35,530 bases of DNA. It comes from an uncultured Solibacteraceae bacterium. Lineage in GTDB: Bacteria; Acidobacteriota; Vicinamibacteria; Vicinamibacterales; SCN-69-37. Of this stretch, positions 7,960 to 16,245 are shown piece after piece (within the stretch, counting starts at the first letter, position 1; each line of letters starts with the position of its first letter). The notes beneath the pieces were generated by a model that was given only the letters and a program-made list of their open reading frames with translations, made no database searches and was not told the DNA's origin. The stretch is from NCBI GenBank assembly GCA_964479175.1, contig CAYZLT010000002.1, positions 12,255 to 47,784 of the forward strand, read 5' to 3'. The translations under genes were made by a program, and so were the position numbers.

Positions 7960-8393
7960 TGCGGGTGTCCTATCTTGCCGTGGCATTTCACACAGCCGGT
8001 CTGCGTCTCATGGCCTGGCATCATCGTGCGCGTCAGCGGTTCATGGCACTTGAGACACGCCTCTTCCGCCACCTTGTGGTTGCGGGGCGTGATCTGAATG
8101 TTGTCGGGAAAATTGCCGGTCGTGAAATAAAACGAGTGCCAGAACCCGTTGTTGGCCTTCGTGACGTACTTGGGAATGAACCCTTTGGGCGTGTGGCAGT
8201 CGTTGCACACCGCCACCGACCGGTGACTCGACCGCTGCCACTTCACGTAGTAGTCGTTCATGACGTGGCAGTTGGCACACGCCGCCGGATCATTGGTGAG
8301 GTAGGAGGATCCCCTGGCGTAGATGAAGGTGTACCCGCCGATCCCCATCACGAGACCAGTCAACACCCCCAATACCAACAACCATCGGGCCAT
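7956..8393 (-). CDS. nrfH: Cytochrome c nitrite reductase small subunit (NapC/NirT-family quinol dehydrogenase)
   Basis: N-terminal TM helix, SYLTNDPAACANCHVM and four CXXCH motifs; directly upstream of nrfA. Confidence 0.93.
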   Translation of the reverse strand: MARWLLVLGVLTGLVMGIGGYTFIYARGSSYLTNDPAACANCHVMNDYYVKWQRSSHRSVAVCNDCHTPKGFIPKYVTKANNGFWHSFYFTTGNFPDNIQITPRNHKVAEEACLKCHEPLTRTMMPGHETQTGCVKCHGKIGHPQ

Positions 8394-8414
8394 CGTCGGC
8401 ACAGCATGGCATTA

Positions 8415-8480
8415 AATGAGGCAATGAGCCAATTTTCATCTTCTCATTGCCTCATTGGCTCATTGCATCATTGGCTCATT
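8415..8480. repeat. Octamer tandem repeats in inverted arrangement
   Basis: AATGAGGC AATGAGCC AAT … CTCATTGC CTCATTGG CTCATTGC ATCATTGG CTCATT, filling most of the sodA-nrfH gap. Confidence 0.9.
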
Positions 8481-9077
8481 TCAGAACCGCGCGGCGACCG
8501 CGTCCCAATTGACCACACTCCACCACGCGGCGAGGTAGTCGGGACGACGGTTCTGATACTTGAGGTAATACGCGTGTTCCCACACGTCGATGCCCATGAT
8601 GGGGCGCTTGCCTTCCGACATCGGGTTGTCCTGGTTCGCCGTGCTTTCGACGACGAGCTTCCCGCCGCTCTCCACGAGCCAGACCCAGCCGCTGCCGAAA
8701 CGACCGGCGCCGCCCTTGTTCATCTGCTCCTTGAACGCATCAAAACTGCCGAAGGCACCGTTGATGGCCTCAGCCACCTTGCCGGTCGGCACACCGCCGC
8801 CGTTGGGTCCCATCAGCTGCCAGAACATGGTGTGGTTCACGTGGCCACCACCGTTGTTGCGTACGGCGGTCCGAATGCCTTCGGGGACCGCGTTGAGGTC
8901 CTTGATCAGGTCCTCGGCGCTTTTGCCCTGGAGTTCGGGATGCTTTTCGAGCGCCGCGTTCAGGTTGTTCACATACGCGGCGTGATGTTTGCCGTGGTGA
9001 ATCTGCATTGTCTGCATATCGATGTGCGGTTCGAGTGCGTCAAATGCGTACGGCAGAGGGGCGAGTTCATGTGCCAT
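8481..9077 (-). CDS. sodA: Superoxide dismutase [Mn/Fe], Mn-type signatures
   Basis: [43 protein letters not shown] at 9087-9092. Confidence 0.95.
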   Translation of the reverse strand: MAHELAPLPYAFDALEPHIDMQTMQIHHGKHHAAYVNNLNAALEKHPELQGKSAEDLIKDLNAVPEGIRTAVRNNGGGHVNHTMFWQLMGPNGGGVPTGKVAEAINGAFGSFDAFKEQMNKGGAGRFGSGWVWLVESGGKLVVESTANQDNPMSEGKRPIMGIDVWEHAYYLKYQNRRPDYLAAWWSVVNWDAVAARF

Positions 9078-9094
9078 TGTCAAAGTCTCCTTGG

Positions 9095-10225
9095 TCAGGT
9101 GGTTGCCAACATTCTATCAAGTGCGACACGCGCCCACCCCTTTGTGGGCTCGGGCACGACGATCTGATTCGGGACCTCACCTCTCACGAGGCTGTCGAGA
9201 ATCCACAACAAATGGTTCGGCGACACGCGGAACATCGTCGAACACAGACAGCCGAGCGCATCGAGGGTCACCACCGTGTGCGTCGGCGCCAGACGATGCG
9301 CGAGACGATGGACAAGGTGCACCTCGGTGCCGACAGCCCAGACCGACCCGACGGGACTGTCCGAGACGGTCCGGATGATGTATTCCGTGGACCCCATCTC
9401 GTCTGCCGCCTGGACCGTCTCGAACGTGCATTCAGGATGCACGATCACCCGCCCGGAGGGGTGTTGCGTTTTGAACTGTGCAATTTGCGCGGGGCTGAAA
9501 CGGGTATGGACCGAACAGTGCCCCGCCCACAGGATCAGCCGGGCCTGGTGCAGCGCCTCGCGGGTCACCCCACCGTAGGGCTGATGGGGATCCCAGACGA
9601 CCATCTCGTCCAGGGGCACGCCCATGGCGAAGGCGGTGTTCCGGCCGAGGTGCTGGTCGGGCAACATGAGCACTTTGTCGCCACGGTCCCAGGCCCAGGC
9701 CATGACCTGTGCGGCGTTGCTCGACGTGCAGACACTGCCGTGGTATTCGCCACAGAAGGCTTTGATGCTCGCGGCCGAGTTGATGTACGTGATCGGAATC
9801 ACGCTGCTGGCGCCGAGCTGGCGCAGTTCGTCCCAGCAGATCTCCAACTGGTCGATCGCCGCCATGTCGGCCATGGAACACCCGGCCGCCAAGTCGGGCA
9901 GGATGACCTGCTGATTGGGTGCGCCCAGCACGTCCGCGCTCTCCGCCATGAAGTGCACGCCACAAAACACGACGTAGTCCGCGGACTGCCTGGTCGAGGC
10001 GTACTGTGCGAGCTTGAGCGAATCGCCGGTGACGTCGGCGAACCGGATCACTTCGTCACGTTGATAGTGATGGCCCAGGATCAAAAGGCGATCACCCAGC
10101 GTCGCGCGGGCGGCCGCAATCCGTGCCGCCATCACCTCGTCGTCGAGACCGAGATACACGTCCGGCAACGACTGCCGTGTGGACAGCTGGGACTTTTCGT
10201 AGGCTGTCAGGAGTTGCACGTCCAT
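9095..10225 (-). CDS. nadA: Quinolinate synthase (Bacillus-type NadA)
   Basis: [63 protein letters not shown]. Confidence 0.95.
   Translation of the reverse strand: MDVQLLTAYEKSQLSTRQSLPDVYLGLDDEVMAARIAAARATLGDRLLILGHHYQRDEVIRFADVTGDSLKLAQYASTRQSADYVVFCGVHFMAESADVLGAPNQQVILPDLAAGCSMADMAAIDQLEICWDELRQLGASSVIPITYINSAASIKAFCGEYHGSVCTSSNAAQVMAWAWDRGDKVLMLPDQHLGRNTAFAMGVPLDEMVVWDPHQPYGGVTREALHQARLILWAGHCSVHTRFSPAQIAQFKTQHPSGRVIVHPECTFETVQAADEMGSTEYIIRTVSDSPVGSVWAVGTEVHLVHRLAHRLAPTHTVVTLDALGCLCSTMFRVSPNHLLWILDSLVRGEVPNQIVVPEPTKGWARVALDRMLATT
9111..9119 (-). promoter_or_regulatory. Extended -10 promoter for sodA inside the last codons of nadA
   Basis: TGaTAGAAT, 33 nt upstream of the sodA ATG and followed by the SD. 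Confidence 0.6.
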
Positions 10226-10234
10226 AATCAGCGA

Positions 10235-11362
10235 TCAGGCAGCGTCGGGCGGAGTCACCACGTTGTAGAGGGTGTCGCGTTCAACGGCGAGGCGACCGGC
10301 GTTTTTGATGAGCTGTCGAATACGCGTCGTCGTCAGAATCTCCGGCGTGCGCGCACCGGCCATGTGGTAAATCTTTTCTTCCTGCACGGTGCCGTCGAGA
10401 TCGTCCACACCGTACCAGAGCGAGATCTGGGCCACGTCGACACCGGTGGCGATCCAGAACGCCTTGACGTGCGGAATGTTGTCGAGCATCAGACGCGAGA
10501 CCGCGTGCACACGCAGCGTGTCGGACGCGGACGGCGCGGGCAACTTGCGCATCTGGTTGTTGTCGGGGTGGAACGCGAGTGGGATAAACGCCTGGAATCC
10601 CCCGGTCTCATCCTGCAACCCACGCGCGCGAATCATGTGATCCACGCGCTCCGCCATCGTCTCGATATGGCCGTAGAGCATCGTCACATTCGAGCGCATG
10701 CCGAGGCGATGCGCGATCCGGTGTACATCGAGGTAGCGATCGGCGTCGGCCTTGTCGTGGGAGATCTTCTTGCGCACACGGTCCGCGAAGATTTCGGCGC
10801 CGCCGCCGGGCAACGAATCGAGGCCGGCCGCCATCAACTGGCGCAGCACCTCCTCGTCGGTCATCTTGTAGAGGTCGGAGAAAAACGCGATCTCCACAGC
10901 CGTAAAACACTTGAGGTGAATCCCCGGGCGAATCGCCTTCAGGCCCTTCAGGAGGTCCGTGTAGTAGTCAAACGGCAGATCGGGGTGCAGCCCGTTGACG
11001 ACGTGGACTTCGGTCAGCGGTTGATGTGCGCGTTGGCGAAGTTTGTCGAAGACCTGTTCGAGCGTCATCGTGTACGCCTGCGCGTCGCCGGGCTTGAGCC
11101 GCGAGAACGAGCAGAACAGGCACGTGGCTACGCAGACGTTGGTTGCCTCCAGGCGCAGGTTGTAGTTGTAGAAGGTGTGACCGCCGTGGCGCTTTTCGCG
11201 TTCACGGTTTGCCAGCCAGCCGAGGGCATGCAGGTCCGGGCACTCGAACAACCGCACGCCGTCTTCGAGCGAGAGGCGTGCGCCAGCGTCCAGACGTTCG
11301 GCGATATCTGCCAGGCCGAGCGTGTGCAGCCGGGCGATCATGGTGCCCCGGTCTTCAGACAA
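10235..11362 (-). CDS. mqnE: Aminofutalosine synthase MqnE (radical SAM, futalosine menaquinone pathway)
   Basis: CVATCLFC cluster motif, LPGGGAEIF, SNVTMLYGHIET, FIPLAFHP, RLMLDNIPHVKAFW, EEKIYHMAGA. Start TTG 11362 or ATG 11341. Confidence 0.88.
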   Translation of the reverse strand: MSEDRGTMIARLHTLGLADIAERLDAGARLSLEDGVRLFECPDLHALGWLANREREKRHGGHTFYNYNLRLEATNVCVATCLFCSFSRLKPGDAQAYTMTLEQVFDKLRQRAHQPLTEVHVVNGLHPDLPFDYYTDLLKGLKAIRPGIHLKCFTAVEIAFFSDLYKMTDEEVLRQLMAAGLDSLPGGGAEIFADRVRKKISHDKADADRYLDVHRIAHRLGMRSNVTMLYGHIETMAERVDHMIRARGLQDETGGFQAFIPLAFHPDNNQMRKLPAPSASDTLRVHAVSRLMLDNIPHVKAFWIATGVDVAQISLWYGVDDLDGTVQEEKIYHMAGARTPEILTTTRIRQLIKNAGRLAVERDTLYNVVTPPDAA

Positions 11363-11873
11363 TGCCCACCACCTGTAAACGCAGCGTGCGCGTCCGTGGG
11401 CCGTCGAGTTCCGCCACCATCACGCGCTGCCACTGTCCGAGCACGAGTTCCCCACCGCTGACCTGCAGAGTGAGGCAGGGAGACATGAGCAGGGCGCGCA
11501 GATGGGAGTCGCTGTTCCGGCGGTCGCAATCGGACTGGGCGGGGTCGTCGTGTTTCCAGGACGCGTCGGGGTCGATGACTGCGGCCAGGAAGGTGGCGAA
11601 GTCGGAGCACAAGGCGTCCTGGCTTTCGTTGACGAACACGGCAAGCGTGGTGTGCAGCGACTGCAGGGTGGCCACACCCTCGCGGACGCCAAGGTCCCGT
11701 GCCCGGGTCATCACATCGTCTGTCACGTCCACAATCTGGAGGCGGGCGGACGATTCGAGCGAAAAGTGCTCGGCACGGACGTGTATGGGGCCCGACTCGG
11801 CGACGACCGGTTCAACCGGCTGAAGACGAACGGTGCTCAGGGAACTCCTGCGTACGGTGTCCAAGCCACTCAT
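11355..11873 (-). CDS. yjbQ: YjbQ/UPF0047 (secondary thiamine-phosphate synthase-like) protein
   Basis: HTTxxxxxNE, NSDSHLRALL, LVLGQWQRVMVAELDGPRTR. Confidence 0.9.
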   Translation of the reverse strand: MSGLDTVRRSSLSTVRLQPVEPVVAESGPIHVRAEHFSLESSARLQIVDVTDDVMTRARDLGVREGVATLQSLHTTLAVFVNESQDALCSDFATFLAAVIDPDASWKHDDPAQSDCDRRNSDSHLRALLMSPCLTLQVSGGELVLGQWQRVMVAELDGPRTRTLRLQVVGIV

Positions 11874-11879
11874 TTTGCC

Positions 11880-11889
11880 ATGCTATATT
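11880..11889. promoter_or_regulatory. Bidirectional overlapping -10 boxes (leaderless yjbQ; riboswitch-btuB leader)
   Basis: TAGCAT (-) lies 6 nt before the yjbQ ATG; TGcTATATT (+) lies just before the cobalamin riboswitch. Confidence 0.65.
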
Positions 11890-11894
11890 GACCA

Positions 11895-12105
11895 AGACAA
11901 CCGACGCTTGCCCGGCGGCCATCGGGAAGTGGGTGCAGATCCCACACGGTGACGCCACTGTTAGCGGGGAGTCGCGTGTTCATTTTGTGGTGAGCGAGGG
12001 CTGAGCTTGTCGAAGCCCGAGTTGAACCACCGTCACTGTCCTGAGCAAGGGTGGGAAGACGCGAACACACGGCGTTGATCCGCAAGTCAGGATACCTGGT
12101 CTCTG
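11895..12105 (+). ncRNA. Cobalamin (AdoCbl) riboswitch
   Basis: ATCGGGAA-GTGGGTGCAGATCCCAC-ACGG…GCCACTGT…GTCACTG…TGGGAAG…AAGTCAGGATACCTG (B12 box), upstream of a TonB receptor/ABC uptake operon. The 5' boundary is approximate. Confidence 0.92.
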
Positions 12106-12173
12106 GGCTCGTCCTTTGCTGTCGTCGCATACCGCGACGCCAGACCGGCGCGTACACGCCGGAAAAGGAGCCC
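12105..12173 (+). promoter_or_regulatory. Riboswitch expression platform: anti-SD/SD sequestering helix
   Basis: GGGCTC-GT-CCTTT (12105-12117) can pair with AAAGGAGCCC covering the SD (12165-12170), enclosing two small hairpins. Confidence 0.6.
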
Positions 12174-12178
12174 ACCCC

Positions 12179-14413
12179 GTGATCCGATCACGTCTGTCTG
12201 CCTGCACATTTTCTCTCTGTTCACTTTTTTTCATGTTTTTTGTCCCGGCGAATGCGCTGGCTCAGGCGCCGATCCGCGGTGTGGTGTCGGACAGTTCCGG
12301 CGCGGCCATCGCTCGTGTTCCCGTGCGGCTCGTTGATTCGGCCGGCACCACGCGGTCGGCCACGCTGACGGACCGCGACGGGCGATTCACGTTCGCCGTG
12401 TCGTGTGCGTCCTGCACGGTGGTGGCGGCGCTTCCCGGCTTCCTGACGTCCACGTCGACACCAACGCCGGACACCCGCATCGTGCTGGCGCTCGCGCCTG
12501 TGCAGGAGACGGTGGTGGTGAGTGCGACACGCGGCGCGGCCCCCTCGAGTCAGGTGGGTGCCAGCGTCACCGTGTTTGACGCGGCGGCGATAACACGTCG
12601 CGGTGACGCCCTGGTCGGCGACATTCTGCGGCAGGCGCCCGGGGTGGCCGTGGTGCAGAACGGCGGCCGCGGCAACGTCACCTCGTTGTTTGTGCGTGGG
12701 GGCGAGAACAACTACACCAAGGTCCTGCTCGATGGCATTCCACTGAACGAGCCCGGCGGGTCCTTCAATTTTGGTGGACTGACCAGCGGGCATTTTGAAC
12801 GAATCGAACTCGTGCGGGGCGCGCAGTCCGCCGTGTTCGGGTCGGACGCCATGGCCGGCGTCCTCCAGTTGGTCACGGCGCGGGGGCGGCTCGGCGCACG
12901 TCCGGCGTTTGCGGCGGAACTGTCGGGCGGTGGCTACGGGTCACAGCAGATGAGTGGTCGCGTCTCGGGCGGCACGTCGAAGTTGGACTACTCCGTGCAC
13001 GGTCAGCGGTACGTGACCGACAACCGCGATCCGAACAATCGATTTGAGTCGACCGCTTTTTCGCTGAGCGCAGGCGCTGCGCTCTCACCGAACCTCAGCC
13101 TCAGGGTTGTTGGCCGCGTGGAAGACGGCAACGCCGGCGCGCCGGGTCAGACGGCGTTTGGCCGACCTGACCTCGACGCGTCGTTCAGCCAGAGTCACAC
13201 CGTCGGCGGCGCAACGCTCGAGCACCGGACCGTGCGATTCACGCAGCGGGCGACGTATGCGCTGGCGATCTCCGAACAGCGTTCCACCAACCTGATCCTC
13301 GACGCGCCGTACACCCCGACGTATGGCCGCAGCCAGTCCCCGTTCGAGTTTTACGACTTTGCGTATGACAGCGGATCGCAGTTCCGGCGGCATCACGCGA
13401 GCTACCAGGCGGACCTCAGGCTCGCCCACGGCGGCGCCCTCGCCGGGGTCGAGATCGTCACGGTAGCGCTCGACTGGGACGGCGAGCGAGGCACTCTGGA
13501 GGACTTTCTCAACGGCGGAGTCACCACGCCCTCGCGCAACAACGTTGGCGCTACCCTGCAACACCAGCATGTGAGCGGACGTCTGGCCGTCACCACTGGC
13601 GTGCGGTTCGAGAACAACGCCAGCTTCGGCAGTTCCGTGGTCCCCCGGATTTCAGCGGCGCTGCTCGCACACGCGGGCGGCACGACATTGGGACGGACGT
13701 GGGGCACCACCAAACTCAAGGCCAACGCCGGCACCGGGATCAAAGAGCCGACCCTCCGGCAGTCGTTCAGCTTGTCGCCGTTTGATTTTGGCAATCCCGG
13801 ATTAAAGGCCGAGCAATCACGCACCTGGGATGTGGGCGTTGAGCAGCGGCTCTTCGACGACCGCGCCAAGGTCGAGGTGGTCTGGTTCGACAACGCCTTC
13901 ACCAACCAGATCAACACGCGTACCATCAGCTTCTCGCCCTATACCGCGCAGTACTTCAACGTGGGCAAGACCGAGGCGCGCGGCCTTGAGGTGGTGCTCG
14001 ACGTGGCGCCGGTCGACGGCGTGCGTCTCTCGGCCAGTCACACCGTCGTCAATTCCGAGATCATCGACGCGTCGTCCGAGTTCAGCGAGGTGCTCGCCGC
14101 CGGCCAGTGGGCGCTTCGTCGCCCGCGTCACTCCGGTCAGGCGCAGGTGCTGCTCGACCGTGGCCGACTCTCCGCGGATCTCGGCGCGTCCTGGATTGGT
14201 CGCCGCAATGACAGCGACTTCTCGGCGCTGGCACCGGCGATCACGGCCACCGACGGCCACACGTTGTGGCGCGGGCAATTGGCCTGGCGCGTGGCGTCAC
14301 AGGCCACGGCGTTTGTCCGCGTGGACAACCTCACCGACGTGGACTACATGGAACCGCTTGGATACCCGGCATGGCGTCGTGCGGTGCACGCGGGATTGCG
14401 ACTGAAATTCTAG
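12179..14413 (+). CDS. btuB: TonB-dependent receptor, probable cobalamin transporter, with N-terminal carboxypeptidase-regulatory-like domain
   Basis: ETVVVSATR, plug motifs LFVRGG…VLLDGIPLN and ERIELVRGAQSAVFGSDAMAGV, C-terminal LRLKF. GTG start 8 nt after AAGGAG; B12 riboswitch upstream. Confidence 0.88.
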   Translation: MIRSRLSACTFSLCSLFFMFFVPANALAQAPIRGVVSDSSGAAIARVPVRLVDSAGTTRSATLTDRDGRFTFAVSCASCTVVAALPGFLTSTSTPTPDTRIVLALAPVQETVVVSATRGAAPSSQVGASVTVFDAAAITRRGDALVGDILRQAPGVAVVQNGGRGNVTSLFVRGGENNYTKVLLDGIPLNEPGGSFNFGGLTSGHFERIELVRGAQSAVFGSDAMAGVLQLVTARGRLGARPAFAAELSGGGYGSQQMSGRVSGGTSKLDYSVHGQRYVTDNRDPNNRFESTAFSLSAGAALSPNLSLRVVGRVEDGNAGAPGQTAFGRPDLDASFSQSHTVGGATLEHRTVRFTQRATYALAISEQRSTNLILDAPYTPTYGRSQSPFEFYDFAYDSGSQFRRHHASYQADLRLAHGGALAGVEIVTVALDWDGERGTLEDFLNGGVTTPSRNNVGATLQHQHVSGRLAVTTGVRFENNASFGSSVVPRISAALLAHAGGTTLGRTWGTTKLKANAGTGIKEPTLRQSFSLSPFDFGNPGLKAEQSRTWDVGVEQRLFDDRAKVEVVWFDNAFTNQINTRTISFSPYTAQYFNVGKTEARGLEVVLDVAPVDGVRLSASHTVVNSEIIDASSEFSEVLAAGQWALRRPRHSGQAQVLLDRGRLSADLGASWIGRRNDSDFSALAPAITATDGHTLWRGQLAWRVASQATAFVRVDNLTDVDYMEPLGYPAWRRAVHAGLRLKF

Positions 14414-15229
14414 GTGTTGGCCGCCACCGACCTGTCGTTCGCTTTTGGTGATCAGCGCGTCCTCTGGGACGTGTCGCTGAACGTCCAGGCGGGCGGCATG
14501 GTCGGTGTGCTCGGCCCGAATGGTTGCGGCAAGACGACGCTGCTGCGATTGCTCGCGGGGGCGCTGAAGCCGGCGAGGGGCTCCATCTTGATGGACGGCC
14601 GCCCGATCGGCCAACTGGATCGCCGCACGCTCGCGCGCCGTATCGCGGTCGTTCCCCAGCACACCCAACTGGCCTTTGACTACTCGGTGCTGGAGGTCGC
14701 GCTCATGGGGCGGTATCCGCATCTGGGCGCGTTTGAGGTCGAAGGACCGGCCGATCTGGCGGCCGCCATGAACGCGCTCGGCTCCACCGGGACCGCCCAT
14801 CTGGCGGAGCGCGCGTTCACCACGCTGAGCGGAGGCGAGCAACAACGCGTCGCCATCGCGTCGGCCCTCGCGCAGCTCGACGTGCGTACGTCCACCCGCC
14901 GCACCGAGCCACGGTTTCTTCTGCTCGATGAACCGACGGCCTCGCTCGACCTGCGGTATCAGGTGGAGATTGCGGCGCTCGTGGCCCGTCTGCATGACGA
15001 GGGCCAGGCGGCCGATTCGCCTCTCTCCATTCTCACGAGCACCCACGATCTCAGGTTCGCGGCCACGGTCTGCACGACACTGATTCTTCTGGCGGAGGGC
15101 CGGGTGGTTGCGATGGGGCCACCCTCGCAGGTCCTCACCGCAGACACGCTGTCGTCGGTCTACGGCCTGACACGCGACATGGCCTCATCGTTACTCCCAA
15201 CGGGCATTCCCCGAGGCGTGTGGCGATGA
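14414..15229 (+). CDS. btuD: Cobalamin/iron-chelate ABC transporter ATP-binding protein
   Basis: GPNGCGKTT, LSGGEQQRV, LLLDEPT, THDL. Confidence 0.9.
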   Translation: MLAATDLSFAFGDQRVLWDVSLNVQAGGMVGVLGPNGCGKTTLLRLLAGALKPARGSILMDGRPIGQLDRRTLARRIAVVPQHTQLAFDYSVLEVALMGRYPHLGAFEVEGPADLAAAMNALGSTGTAHLAERAFTTLSGGEQQRVAIASALAQLDVRTSTRRTEPRFLLLDEPTASLDLRYQVEIAALVARLHDEGQAADSPLSILTSTHDLRFAATVCTTLILLAEGRVVAMGPPSQVLTADTLSSVYGLTRDMASSLLPTGIPRGVWR

Positions 15230-16245
15230 CACATCCCCTTCGTCGCGCAATCTCGACCGTGGTGCTCTGCCTGGTGGTCGCAGTCGTCGCGGTGATCGCG
15301 GCGCCGTTCATCGGCCCGACACCCCTCTCGTTTGGCGCCGTGTTCTCCACGCGTCTGCCCTTTGCCGACAACACCGACGCGCAGATCTTTTTTCTGGCGA
15401 GACTGCCGCGCGCGCTCGCGGCGGCGCTTGTGGGTGGCACACTCGCGACCGCCGGTGTCGTGTTCCAGGCACTCCTGCGGAACCCGCTCGCCACGCCGTA
15501 CACGCTGGGTATTTCGGCCGGCGCGTCCTTTGGCGCGATGGTGGCCATCACCTTCGGCTTTGTCCTTCCGTTCGGCCTGCCGATGGGTGGCGTCGCCGGC
15601 GCCAGCCTTGCGGGCGCGGGCCTGGCGGTGATCGTCGTGTATGCGCTGGCGTCCGCGCGCCACTCCGGACTCTCCACCACCGTCCTGCTGCTCGCGGGCG
15701 TGACAATGAATTCGTTTTTTTCGGCGTTGATTCTGTTTGTGCAGTACCTGAGCGATTTCACCGAGACGTTCCGGGCGTTGCGCTGGCTGTTGGGGGATCT
15801 CGACGTCGCCGGCTACGAGCCGATTCTCGCGGGACTTCCGATTATCGCGATCGCGTTGCTGGGTTTTGGATGGCTGGCTCGTCCGCTCAACCTCCTGACA
15901 CTGGGCGCGGATGCCGCAGCCACCCGCGGGGTGGACGTCGTCCGTGCCCAGCGGGTCGCGTTTTTCACAGGCTCCCTCGCGACCGGCGCGGCGGTCTCCA
16001 TCGGCGGCCCGATTGGGTTTATCGGCATCATCGTGCCGCACCTGGTGCGTCTCGTCGTTGGCGCGGACCATCGGCTCGTGTTGCCGGCATCATTTGGCTT
16101 CGGCGCAGCGTTCCTGGTCGGCTGTGACGTTCTGGCGCGCACGGTGTTGTCGCCGATGGAGCTGCCCGTCGGCATCATCACGGCGCTCATCGGAGGGCCG
16201 TTTTTTCTGTACATGCTCATTACCAGAACAAGGAACACCGCATGA
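15226..16245 (+). CDS. btuC: FecCD/BtuC-family ABC permease
   Basis: RLPR, QALLRNPLATPYTLGISAGA, WLLGDL, IGFIGIIVPH, ELPVGIITALIGGPFF; ATGA overlap with the ATPase gene. Confidence 0.92.
   Translation: MTHPLRRAISTVVLCLVVAVVAVIAAPFIGPTPLSFGAVFSTRLPFADNTDAQIFFLARLPRALAAALVGGTLATAGVVFQALLRNPLATPYTLGISAGASFGAMVAITFGFVLPFGLPMGGVAGASLAGAGLAVIVVYALASARHSGLSTTVLLLAGVTMNSFFSALILFVQYLSDFTETFRALRWLLGDLDVAGYEPILAGLPIIAIALLGFGWLARPLNLLTLGADAAATRGVDVVRAQRVAFFTGSLATGAAVSIGGPIGFIGIIVPHLVRLVVGADHRLVLPASFGFGAAFLVGCDVLARTVLSPMELPVGIITALIGGPFFLYMLITRTRNTA

Noticed and set aside
8415-8480. CRISPR array (also considered for 2648-2679 and 31168-31204)
   Set aside because: Units are 7-8 bp with no unique spacers, and no cas genes are present.
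7926-9167. 413-aa plus-strand ORF
   Set aside because: Antisense to nrfH/sodA and reads through the repeat array; no motifs.
10235-11362. Calling the radical SAM gene mqnC or cofH
   Set aside because: SNVTMLYGH, KAFW and EEKIYHMAG motifs fit MqnE better.
9008-11461. 817-aa plus-strand ORF
   Set aside because: Antisense shadow of nadA/mqnE with no recognisable motifs; expected from high-GC codon bias.
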